Source: an uncultured Gammaproteobacteria bacterium
GTDB lineage: Bacteria > Patescibacteriota > Patescibacteriia > UBA1558 > UBA10009
Length of the DNA: 64,000 bases
Direction of reading: 5' to 3'
Assembly: GCA_964588165.1 (NCBI GenBank)
Contig: CAZPMS010000003.1
Location: 74,031-138,030, forward strand
Shown here: positions 26,968 to 35,532 of the stretch, in pieces
Layout: every line of letters begins with the position of its first letter
Position numbering within the stretch: the stretch's first letter is position 1
Notes under the pieces: model-generated
Database searches by the model: none
Told to the model about the DNA's origin: nothing
Seen by the model: only the letters and a program-made list of their open reading frames with translations
Position numbers and translations under genes: made by a program

Positions 26968-27978
26968 TTATTTAATTAATTCTTTATTGTTTAACAAATC
27001 TTTACCTAAATTCCTGACTTTTTCTTCCACTTCCTTATCCTTAACATACGAACCGTGCTTGCCGTCTACTCTGGATAAAAGGTAAATTCCCAGCCACTTA
27101 TTTGACCTTTTAATTATACCGCCCAGATGATCTGCTGAATCACTCACATGCCCAAGCCAAACCTTTTTATATTCTTCTATAAAATCATCAATAAACTTTT
27201 TTGACCCTTGTTTGATATCATCATCAGCTTCTTGCGACTTAATAAACCAGTGAGAAAGAAATATTCCTAAATCTATAGCCGGATCTAAGTGCAGGCAAAA
27301 TTCAAAATCTATTAACCTAAAATCGTTTTTACTCACAAAAATATTCCGATGAACCGGATCTATCCAAATTAATGAAGGATTAGTAAGATAGCTTTCCTTA
27401 ACAATCTTTTTTATAACTTCTTCAGGAAAATGTTTTCTTGCACCCCAGGTTAAATGTAATGGAATATAATAAGTTTCCATTAACTCCCTTTCAGCAGTTG
27501 AAAGGTCTTCATCTATTTTATAAGTTCTGGCATGAAACCTGCCAAAGAATTCACCAAACTGTTTAGCTAAATTGGCATGCAAATTATTTTTTTCCAATTC
27601 ATCTACTAAACATTTTCTATCTTGTTCAACATCAGACATTATTAGAACAAAATTTTCCTTATCTAAATAAAATATCTCTGGAACAAAATTTTCTCCAATC
27701 CATTCCTTAATTTTTTCCAGAACTTTAGCTTCAGTAATAATTCTTTCTAAAGGCATTTCAATATCTTCATCTTCCCTCTTTATCTGGCTTAAAACCTGTT
27801 TTAAAACTAATTTATTTATCCCAGAATCTGATTCAATTTCTACAGCAAAAACATAACTAACATTGCCTCCGGAAAGCTCTTTTATTTTTTTTATCTTATT
27901 GATTTTAAAAGACAGATGTTTCTTAACATCTTCTAAATAATCCTTAATATTTTCTAAATATAAGACTTTTTGTACCAT
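26968..27978 (-). CDS. Protein kinase-like (APH/ChoK/MtnK fold) small-molecule kinase homolog with non-canonical catalytic loop
   Basis: N-terminal ELSGGNVSYVFAV (MtnK-like GxGNxNxVFxV). Catalytic region VHRNIFVSKNDFRLIDFEF: the D of HGD is apparently replaced (HRN), while a DFE/DFG-like segment is retained. Confidence 0.5.
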   Translation of the reverse strand: MVQKVLYLENIKDYLEDVKKHLSFKINKIKKIKELSGGNVSYVFAVEIESDSGINKLVLKQVLSQIKREDEDIEMPLERIITEAKVLEKIKEWIGENFVPEIFYLDKENFVLIMSDVEQDRKCLVDELEKNNLHANLAKQFGEFFGRFHARTYKIDEDLSTAERELMETYYIPLHLTWGARKHFPEEVIKKIVKESYLTNPSLIWIDPVHRNIFVSKNDFRLIDFEFCLHLDPAIDLGIFLSHWFIKSQEADDDIKQGSKKFIDDFIEEYKKVWLGHVSDSADHLGGIIKRSNKWLGIYLLSRVDGKHGSYVKDKEVEEKVRNLGKDLLNNKELIK

Positions 27979-28063
27979 TATCCATATCTTAACCCATTTT
28001 TAACAAAAAGAAAAACCGCGATCCGTAATGGTCGCGGCTATATTGATCATTGTCCAAAAGTAA

Positions 28064-28630
28064 TCAAGCGGATAAATTTGTCGCCCAAATTACTGCCTGT
28101 TTGGCATCTTCAAGAGAAAAAAATCGAATATTATCACTGTTGGTGTTTCTTATAAGGGTTTTGAAAGATAATTCCTCCAAATAACCCCAACCAACAATGG
28201 CAACTCTGACTGTTTGCTTCTTGGAAGCAAAGGCCAAAAACGGAAATAGATGAGCCAGCGTACCCATTTCTCCCGGAAAAAAAATGACTCCGTCGGCAGT
28301 GTCAACCAATGAGCCCAAGCGACTACCCCATGAATATGCAGGGTACCCCTCATGATATGTGCTGATAGAATGGCCATGGCTTGGAATTTTTCCCTTATCA
28401 CTCTTACAGAAATAGCTAACAACTTTCGCGCCTGACTGATGTGCCAATTCAACGATATTGCCGTGCGAGCCGGTTAAAACTTTAACTTTATTTTGCCGGC
28501 ACCACTCAAACACTTTCTTAAGCATGTCTGCTTCTGAATTGGAGGTTTTAGCACTGCCTTGAAAAAAGATTCCCTTTTTCACGAGATTCTCCTTTACTCT
28601 ATAGAGCTTTGCGTTGTTTTTAAATTTCAA
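28064..28630 (-). CDS. LOG/SLOG-family Rossmann protein (TIGR00730-like; putative nucleotide 5'-monophosphate nucleosidase)
   Basis: 188 aa. FFPGEMGTLAHLF resembles the LOG PGGxGTxxEL motif. Assignment is tentative. Confidence 0.45.
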   Translation of the reverse strand: MKFKNNAKLYRVKENLVKKGIFFQGSAKTSNSEADMLKKVFEWCRQNKVKVLTGSHGNIVELAHQSGAKVVSYFCKSDKGKIPSHGHSISTYHEGYPAYSWGSRLGSLVDTADGVIFFPGEMGTLAHLFPFLAFASKKQTVRVAIVGWGYLEELSFKTLIRNTNSDNIRFFSLEDAKQAVIWATNLSA

Positions 28631-28703
28631 GAATAAATCATCATATCATATTTACAAAATTTTGTCAATATTAAAACAGAGTTCATATTCTCTGTTAAAT
28701 TTT

Positions 28704-29867
28704 TCATATTTTTCTAACAATACCTTTATTTGCATCAACCTCAACTAAATCTCCATCTTTCAAAACTTCAGTGGCTATTTTAGTTCCAACAATACAAGGG
28801 ATCTTTAATTCTCTGGAAATTACTGCGGCATGAGATAAGACACCACCGGTATTAGTTATAATGGCTCCACTCTTTCTAATGGCTGGCATATAATCAAGCG
28901 AAGTGCTAACTGTAACAATCACCTGGCCTTTTTTCATTTTTTTTATCTCATTATTAAAGGCTCTGCCCACATGATGAGGAATAATCTTAACTTTACCTTT
29001 AACATTGCCAGGAAAAGTAGTTTTGCCTCTAATTAAATTTAATTTGGGATTATTTTTAACTTTTGGCTTGGGTTTAGTAATTTTAATATTAAAATTACTT
29101 TTATTATAGACAAATTTATAATAATTTATTCTTTTATTTACTTTATTAATATCGGGTAATATATTTTTTAATAATAAATTACTTACCTCACTATATGTGC
29201 AATTTACAATTTGTAAATAATTTAATGAATTTCTTTTAGCAATTTCTCTATAAATCTTTCTGGCTTTTAAAAATGAATTTAACCATATTTTGTGCATTCG
29301 CAATCTTTCTTCTCCAATTTCTATAATTTTTAAAAATGTATTTTTGATGTCTGAATTTAAATTAAAATTTAATTTATCAAAATTTTTACTCAAAATATAT
29401 TCTATATTTTTATTTTTTGGTGCTGGGAAATCTTTTGCCAATTTTTTTAGCGCTAATTCATAATTCTCTGGTCGTATACATCTATATATTCCAAGTAAAC
29501 TAGAATAGTTATTATAAAATCTTGAATAATAATTAAATAATTCTTTATTATTTGTCTTCTTAAAATTTAATTTATCAATTTTTCGAATAAATTTAATATT
29601 CTGTTCTTTTATTTTTTTGATGTTCTTTGTAAAATCATTTAGAAGTTTTAAATTTGAATATATTTTTTCTCCCTTCTTGGCTACATACTTTTTTGTCTTA
29701 ATATCCATAAAAAAAGTAACTTTTTGATTTTCAGAAATAAAATAATGATTATTAAAACTATGGGCTAAAATTTCGCCTCTCTTTACAACATCACCAAACC
29801 AAACCATTTCAACCATGGTAAGAGGTAGATCTTCCATAGTCCATGTTTTTTCATATTTTTTTGACAT
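28704..29867 (-). CDS. Protein with C-terminal PEP-utilizing-enzyme mobile (phosphohistidine swivel) domain and uncharacterised N-terminal domain
   Basis: C-terminus GGVLSHAAVISRELKIPCIVGTKIATEVLKDGDLVEVDANKGIVRKI. No ATP-grasp and no PEP-binding TIM barrel is present. Confidence 0.65.
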   Translation of the reverse strand: MSKKYEKTWTMEDLPLTMVEMVWFGDVVKRGEILAHSFNNHYFISENQKVTFFMDIKTKKYVAKKGEKIYSNLKLLNDFTKNIKKIKEQNIKFIRKIDKLNFKKTNNKELFNYYSRFYNNYSSLLGIYRCIRPENYELALKKLAKDFPAPKNKNIEYILSKNFDKLNFNLNSDIKNTFLKIIEIGEERLRMHKIWLNSFLKARKIYREIAKRNSLNYLQIVNCTYSEVSNLLLKNILPDINKVNKRINYYKFVYNKSNFNIKITKPKPKVKNNPKLNLIRGKTTFPGNVKGKVKIIPHHVGRAFNNEIKKMKKGQVIVTVSTSLDYMPAIRKSGAIITNTGGVLSHAAVISRELKIPCIVGTKIATEVLKDGDLVEVDANKGIVRKI

Positions 29868-29873
29868 ATAATT

Positions 29874-31643
29874 CTATCTTTTTAAAACTGCCATAAAGGC
29901 TTCTTGAGGAATGTCCACCTTAGCGCCTTTCATCATCTTCTTTTTACCTTTTTTCTGTTTTTCTAACAGTTTGCGCTTTCTGGTTACATCACCGCCGTAC
30001 AGATTAGCGGTAACATCTTTTCTTAAAGCAGAAAGGCGTTCAGCAGCAATAACTTTTCCACCAAGAGCTGCCTGAATTTTTAACGGAAACTGCTGTTTTG
30101 GTAAAACCTCTTTTAATGACTTAACGATCTTCTTGCCGGTGTTAAAAGCAGTATCACGATAGACAATTGTAGCCAAAGCTTCTACCGGCTCTTCGGCAAC
30201 TAAAATATCCATCCTAACCACATCTGCCAGCCTATATTCTAAAAATTCATAATTAAGTGAAGCATAGCCAGAAGAAACAGTTTTTAATATATCGTAAAAA
30301 TCCACAAGGATTGATGCTAAGGGGATTTCATAATGTAAAATTACTCTGTTTTGATCTAAGTATTCGGTATTTTTATATTCACCTCTTTTATCCTGAACCA
30401 GCTTCATAATTTCACCAATATAATCTTTGGGCGTTATAACATCTATGGTTACAAAAGGCTCTTTAATTTCTTCTATATAATTTTGGTCTGGAAGTTCTTG
30501 CGGGCTATGGATGGTAACTTCTTCCCCTGATGACTGCTTTACTTTATAAGCAACTGATGGGGTGGTTATTACCAAGTCTAAATCATATTCCCTACTTAGC
30601 CTTTCTTGGAAAATTTCTAAATGAAGCAGGCCTAAAAAGCCGCATCTAAAACCAAACCCCAAAGCCGGTGAATTTTCCGGTTCATAAAATAAGGATGAAT
30701 CACTAAGTTTAAGTTTTTCTATGGCTTCCCTTAATTTTTGATATTCATCCCCCTCCTTGCAAAAAATACCGGCATAAACCATGGGCTTTACTTCTTTATA
30801 GCCGGCCAATGACTCTGCCGGATCTTTAGCCAATGTTATTGTATCGCCTACTCGGACATTTTCCAGATCTTTAAGGCCGGTAACAATATAACCGATTTCT
30901 CCGGCCGATAAGCTTTTTGATTTATGGTAAGCCGGATTAAAAAAACCGACTTCAAGTACTTCTGACTTGGTTCCGGTAGCATTAAAAAATATTTTATCGC
31001 CCGGCTTAACCTCACCATTTACTAGCCTGACATAAGCCACCACTCCTTTATATTCATCAAAAGTTGAATCAAAAATTAAAGCCTGAACTTTATCTTCTAC
31101 TTTGCCCGATGGATTTGCAGTTTGACTGATGATAGCTTTAAGGACTTCTTCTACATTATTTCCGGTTTTAGCAGAAACTTCTATAATTTCCTCTTCCCTG
31201 CAGCCAAGTAAGCTGACAACTTCTTTTTTTACCTTTTTTGGGTGTGCTGCTGGTAAATCAATCTTATTAATAACCGGAATTATGGTTAAGTCCTGATCCA
31301 AGGCTAAATATAAATTAGCCACTGTTTGAGCCTCTACCCCTTGGGTGGCATCAACCAATAAAACGGCTGATTCAACTGCGGCAAGCGACCTAGAAACTTC
31401 ATAGGTAAAATCTACATGTCCCGGAGTATCAATTAAGTTAAGTTGGTAACCTTGATATTCCATTCTAACTGGCTGAAGTTTAATGGTAATGCCTCGTTCT
31501 CTTTCTAAATCCATAGTATCTAAAACCTGGTCCTTCATTTTTCTTTTATCAACTGTATTGGTAATTTCCAAAAAACGGTCAGCTAAAGTTGACTTGCCGT
31601 GATCAATATGGGCGATGATACAAAAATTACGTATGTTTTCCAT
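29874..31643 (-). CDS. lepA: Elongation factor 4 (LepA)
   Basis: IRNFCIIAHIDHGKSTLADR G1 motif, DTPGHVDF, NKID; full-length LepA C-terminal domain. Confidence 0.9.
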   Translation of the reverse strand: MENIRNFCIIAHIDHGKSTLADRFLEITNTVDKRKMKDQVLDTMDLERERGITIKLQPVRMEYQGYQLNLIDTPGHVDFTYEVSRSLAAVESAVLLVDATQGVEAQTVANLYLALDQDLTIIPVINKIDLPAAHPKKVKKEVVSLLGCREEEIIEVSAKTGNNVEEVLKAIISQTANPSGKVEDKVQALIFDSTFDEYKGVVAYVRLVNGEVKPGDKIFFNATGTKSEVLEVGFFNPAYHKSKSLSAGEIGYIVTGLKDLENVRVGDTITLAKDPAESLAGYKEVKPMVYAGIFCKEGDEYQKLREAIEKLKLSDSSLFYEPENSPALGFGFRCGFLGLLHLEIFQERLSREYDLDLVITTPSVAYKVKQSSGEEVTIHSPQELPDQNYIEEIKEPFVTIDVITPKDYIGEIMKLVQDKRGEYKNTEYLDQNRVILHYEIPLASILVDFYDILKTVSSGYASLNYEFLEYRLADVVRMDILVAEEPVEALATIVYRDTAFNTGKKIVKSLKEVLPKQQFPLKIQAALGGKVIAAERLSALRKDVTANLYGGDVTRKRKLLEKQKKGKKKMMKGAKVDIPQEAFMAVLKR

Positions 31644-33243
31644 TTTTTTGAAATATTGGTTTTAAATATTTACCCGACCACTTCTTTACCATATCCACTT
31701 CTTCACATTTAGTAAGTAAGCTGATTCCCAAATAAAATAAGATGCCAATTGTTCCAGCAACTAATCCTTGCAGAAAAACACCCACAAAAGTCTGCATATC
31801 TACCATCGTTGCCATAGCCCTAAGCATTAAATAAACTACCCCGCCGGATAAAAGTGAATTAATACTTATTTTAAAAGTGGACCAAATTATTTTCTTATCA
31901 TCTAAATATCCCACCCTAAGGCGCAGTACCACCATAAGCAGTATCATATTTAAAATTGAAGCAATAGAAAAAGCTAAAGCCAACCCAACAACTCCATATT
32001 TTGAACCTAAAAAGATAGTGCCAATAATATTTATTACTATGGCTACAAAACTGATAATAACCGGCGTTTTAGTATCTTCTAAAGCATAAAATGACCTGGC
32101 CAACATAGGAATTAGGCTTTGGGCAAATAAAGAAATGGTAAACCAGCCTAAAGTTTGAGCTGTAAAATAAGTGTCAGACCAGTCAAAATTACCTGATCCT
32201 AATATTACTCTAACCAATTGAGCTCTCAGTAAAAGGATGAAAATTGAAACAGGAATTATTAAAAATATTACTCGCCTAAAATGAATAGAAAAAGCCGTAA
32301 CAAACATTCTTTGATCATGCCGTGCTAAAGCTTCAGAAAAAACCGGGAAAACCGCAATGGCTAATGAAACACCAAAAATAGATATGGGAAAACTTTGCAA
32401 GTTATTGGCCAAGTTAAAAATAGCAATAGAGCCAGCCATTAAAGTGGAAGCTACCATGGTTATAACTAACTGATTAATCTGGCCGGCTGCCAAACCAATT
32501 GTCCTGGGCAACATTAATTTTAAAACTTTTTTTACTTCTGCTGTAAACTTCCAATTAAACTTATATTTCCAGCCTGATTTTATAACTTCCGGCAGTTGGA
32601 TTAAAAAATGTAAAAAAGAACCAAAAACCACTCCCCAGGCTAAACCATTAATACCAAAATTTGGATAAAAAACAATAATACCCAAAATAATTCCTAAATT
32701 ATATAAAACTGGAGCTAAAGAAAAACTAAAAAACTTCCTTAAAGAATTTAAAATTCCACCAACCACATTGCTTAAGCCAAAAAAGATAATGGAGATTAGC
32801 ATTATCCTGGTTAAATCAATGGTCTGGTTAAGTTGGTCGCCACTAAATCCGGGCACGATTACACCCACAATCCCTGGGGCAATTAAAATAAAAACTGCGG
32901 CCAAAACAATTAGAGTAGTAACTAAATAATTTAAAATAGCATTAGAAAGCCTTAAGGCTTTAGTTTTATCTTCCAGCCAGATCCTGGTAAAAACCGGAAT
33001 AAAAGCCGAAGCCAAGGCGCCAAGAACCAAAGTGTTAAAAATTAAATCTGGCAGTTTAAAAGCGGCATAGTAACTATCTAATAAACTGCCTGCACCAAAA
33101 TGGCCGGCTAAAAGCCTATCTCTGTAAAAACCTAACAGTTTGCTGATAACTGAAAAAAAGGCAATCAAAACTGCCCCTCCGGCTGTGGTAGTAACCAATT
33201 TATTCCAAAATGACTTTAGCATAAGTATACAAATAATCCTCAA
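31627..33243 (-). CDS. murJ: Lipid II flippase MurJ (MviN)
   Basis: GAVLIAFFSVISKLLGFYRDRLLAGHFGAGSLLDSYYAAFKLPDLIFN... typical MurJ N-terminus; about 14 TM. Confidence 0.85.
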   Translation of the reverse strand: MRIICILMLKSFWNKLVTTTAGGAVLIAFFSVISKLLGFYRDRLLAGHFGAGSLLDSYYAAFKLPDLIFNTLVLGALASAFIPVFTRIWLEDKTKALRLSNAILNYLVTTLIVLAAVFILIAPGIVGVIVPGFSGDQLNQTIDLTRIMLISIIFFGLSNVVGGILNSLRKFFSFSLAPVLYNLGIILGIIVFYPNFGINGLAWGVVFGSFLHFLIQLPEVIKSGWKYKFNWKFTAEVKKVLKLMLPRTIGLAAGQINQLVITMVASTLMAGSIAIFNLANNLQSFPISIFGVSLAIAVFPVFSEALARHDQRMFVTAFSIHFRRVIFLIIPVSIFILLLRAQLVRVILGSGNFDWSDTYFTAQTLGWFTISLFAQSLIPMLARSFYALEDTKTPVIISFVAIVINIIGTIFLGSKYGVVGLALAFSIASILNMILLMVVLRLRVGYLDDKKIIWSTFKISINSLLSGGVVYLMLRAMATMVDMQTFVGVFLQGLVAGTIGILFYLGISLLTKCEEVDMVKKWSGKYLKPIFQKNGKHT

Positions 33244-33341
33244 ATATTAGTTTGAGGCATGGCAATAAAATTATACCAGAAATGATAGTTTTTGACTAGA
33301 ATAGAAAAACCCCGCACTTTATAAGTACGAGGTTTGAATTA

Positions 33342-34262
33342 CTACCAAGTAATCCTTAAGTTAGTAGCCGATAGATAAGGATGCACACTACCTTCACCAT
33401 CAGCGATTTCCCAACCGAATACTACACCTTTATGACGTCCTCTAAAATCCTGCGGCCTGATAATAGACTTCCCCGGCCTGCTATAGCCTTTATCATCAAG
33501 ATAAACGGCATTGAACTTTTCATCATTTATATCATGGTAAACTCCAACCCCCCTCAACTGCATAAGAATTGTTTTGTAAAATCCTTCCAAAAGTGTTGAA
33601 GCTTTCCAGCCTTCTGGTAAAAGTTTTAGTTTGTTTTCCCAATGCATGGATCTTGTTGTAGAACCTTGTGAACCGGGAACACCATCCAGCCTAACCAAAT
33701 ACCAGCCCCGTTCAAGGAACGGCCAATCGGGTATGCCGAATAGCGCCTGGAAAAAATATTTTGATGTCTCTTTTTTAAAAAGTGACTTCACAATATCTTT
33801 TTCTATAGGTGGATTTTCCCAATCCAATCTTCCGGGTGAATAAAATAAAAAAGTATAGTGTCCTAAAGTCACGGATGACTTGTTATCTCCTTCGAAGGGT
33901 GATTCTTGATGAAGAAGATCCAAGATATTATCCGGGAGATGGGAATATATTTCCGCCAACTCCTCCTCGCTAAACCATAACCCAAAATATTGCGACCAGT
34001 GAAAGGGTAAAAAACAATTACGCTGTAAAAAATTCATCAGCTCATCTTCAATTTCTGGGGCTTTTTCTCCGCACCTGATTATAGCTTTGGCGATCTGATC
34101 AGCTGGGTAGTCAGTATGACCAACACCATCGCGGTTGCGAATGCTTTTTAAATGAAATGTTTTAACTCCGCGTCTCGCTAATTGTTCCAGTGTGGCATTC
34201 AACTCACTATTAGGGGTTTTTACAACACTTTCTACACTTGAAACACTTTTAGGCTCACTCAT
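33342..34262 (-). CDS. Hypothetical protein (about 307 aa from internal ATG preceded by aaggag SD); GC content about 45%, no recognised domain
   Basis: The track ORF 33342-34361 runs over its own predicted promoter. The MSEPKSVSS... start has a strong SD. Trp/Tyr-rich soluble protein. Confidence 0.45.
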   Translation of the reverse strand: MSEPKSVSSVESVVKTPNSELNATLEQLARRGVKTFHLKSIRNRDGVGHTDYPADQIAKAIIRCGEKAPEIEDELMNFLQRNCFLPFHWSQYFGLWFSEEELAEIYSHLPDNILDLLHQESPFEGDNKSSVTLGHYTFLFYSPGRLDWENPPIEKDIVKSLFKKETSKYFFQALFGIPDWPFLERGWYLVRLDGVPGSQGSTTRSMHWENKLKLLPEGWKASTLLEGFYKTILMQLRGVGVYHDINDEKFNAVYLDDKGYSRPGKSIIRPQDFRGRHKGVVFGWEIADGEGSVHPYLSATNLRITW

Positions 34263-34333
34263 GATGAGTTCTCCTTTTTCCTTGGTTGTTGGCTCTCCCT
34301 TTTTGGGCTCGCCGATGAAATGAACTAAACGTA

Positions 34334-34362
34334 CTTTATAAAAATTATTAACTTTTGTCAAA
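34334..34362 (-). promoter_or_regulatory. Predicted sigma70-like promoter (TTGACA-17-TAAAGT) for the 307-aa gene
   Basis: Minus-strand reading of 34334-34362: ttgacaaaagttaataatttttataaagt. Confidence 0.3.
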
Positions 34363-34502
34363 AACCAAAAAGCTGTGCCCTACTAGGCAATGTATAGGTT
34401 ATAAAATCTTGAGGAGAGAGATTTTCCTTGGAACAACACAGGGTTGCCAAAGAAAGATTTTATAGCCTAACATCTAGCAATGGGCACAGCTTTTTGGTTT
34501 TA
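34361..34502. repeat. Approximately 140-bp hairpin: 20-bp perfect inverted repeat enclosing a second imperfect inverted repeat. Candidate bidirectional terminator or MITE-like element.
   Basis: Outer arms aaaaaccaaaaagctgtgccc (34361-34381) and gggcacagctttttggtttt (34483-34502). Inner arms ggttataaaatctt and aagattttatagcc. Confidence 0.5.
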
Positions 34503-34518
34503 AGCTTTAGCTTAAAGA

Positions 34519-34740
34519 GCAAATATTGGAGGGCGAACCGGCCTGGTGGGCCAAAGGCCCACATTATGGCCGGCAGTGGCAATAAATTCCTGGAAAACCC
34601 GAGCTTACGCCAAGGTGATATATCTAGGTTTTACTGCCTTAAGCTCTCCTTTTTATTGAAAAAAATCGCTAATCGATTAATTTATAAGGTTAGCTCTCTC
34701 TCCCTCCAATATCTGCTCTTTTTTGCCTATTTTTCAAAGA
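34519..34740 (-). ncRNA. Candidate structured small RNA (about 220 nt to the closing stem; about 380 nt if it ends at the 34361-34502 hairpin) transcribed from its own promoter
   Basis: The 5' and 3' ends pair over 15 bp (gcagauauuggaggg with cccuccaauauuugc; the single G-U wobble only forms on the minus-strand transcript). Internal GC hairpin ccggcctggtgggccaaaggcccacattatggccgg (34539-34574). No coding potential on the minus strand. Confidence 0.3.
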
Positions 34741-34748
34741 ATATATTA

Positions 34749-34777
34749 GTATAGCATATATTTAATATCTTGTCAAG
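34749..34777 (-). promoter_or_regulatory. Predicted sigma70-like promoter (TTGACA-17-TATACT) driving the candidate ncRNA
   Basis: Minus-strand reading of 34749-34777: ttgacaagatattaaatatatgctatact. Nearly identical in layout to the promoter at 35424-35452. Confidence 0.35.
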
Positions 34778-34888
34778 CTTCTTTAAATTAAAAGAACTCT
34801 ACTATTTATTTTTAGTAAAGTCCCTTTGTGTTTGCTTAATTTTAAGCAAAATTTTAAGGGCACTCGTTACTTCTAATACAACTGCCTA

Positions 34889-35356
34889 CTACTGTTCACT
34901 ACAAAGCTCATTTAAGAGCGGTCTAATCTGCCATTCCAGCAATAGATTTAAGCCGTCTGGCAACCTCTCAATACTCCTTAGAGCAAGCCTGATATTTTCG
35001 ATAAGTTGTCTTCGAAACTTATCTTGTACTTCAGGAGAGCACTGGTTAAACAAATCAACCAGTTTACTCCATTTAACTACCAGTCTAGCCAGTTCCAGAG
35101 AGCCATCGGCCCTACCATCAGGACTTACTGATGAAGCATCTCGAATTGCATCGCCAAATTCGCCACTGAGCGGGTAGAAGCATAATTCTCTAAGCTGAAT
35201 TTCAGCCCGCCATGTTCTGTACCGTGCACGAATCCGACGATAGCGCTTTCCTGTTGATAAAGCCTTATCGAAAGATCTTCGAAAAGCCCAGACTGCATTC
35301 GTAAGCATAGCTCCTACCATAATGCCAAGTATGTCGCTAAGCAGTTCTGCATCCAT
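34889..35356 (-). CDS. Hypothetical protein (155 aa) with N-terminal TM helix and Arg-rich soluble part; GC about 48%
   Basis: ILGIMVGAMLTNAVWAF TM segment; no recognised domain. Confidence 0.4.
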   Translation of the reverse strand: MDAELLSDILGIMVGAMLTNAVWAFRRSFDKALSTGKRYRRIRARYRTWRAEIQLRELCFYPLSGEFGDAIRDASSVSPDGRADGSLELARLVVKWSKLVDLFNQCSPEVQDKFRRQLIENIRLALRSIERLPDGLNLLLEWQIRPLLNELCSEQ

Positions 35357-35423
35357 CTTCTTGCCCTTTCGTGTTGTTTACCTCCAACGTCTTGTTGGAA
35401 GCTATGAATGATCTTAATATAAC

Positions 35424-35452
35424 AATATAACATATATTTATTACTTTGTCAA
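35424..35452 (-). promoter_or_regulatory. Predicted sigma70-like promoter (TTGACA-17-TATATT) for the 155-aa gene
   Basis: Minus-strand reading: ttgacaaagtaataaatatatgttatatt. Shares an aagcTTGACAa-type motif with the 34749-34777 promoter. Confidence 0.35.
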
Positions 35453-35467
35453 GCTTACTTAACAATA

Positions 35468-35530
35468 TAAAAAAGCCTTACCTAAATGTACGAACGCGCC
35501 TCGGCGCGTTCCGACAAAATAGGAAAGGCT
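35468..35530 (-). terminator. Nested hairpin terminator downstream of the DUF4012 gene
   Basis: aaaagcctt...gaacgcgcctcggcgcgttc...aaggcttttt: perfect 9-bp inner stem and 9-bp outer stem. Confidence 0.45.
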
Positions 35531-35532
35531 TT

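Noticed and set aside
34428-35177. Plus-strand ORFs of 108 and 135 aa in the higher-GC islet
   Set aside because: No SD and odd composition. The region is better explained by minus-strand promoters, a structured RNA and the 155-aa minus-strand gene.
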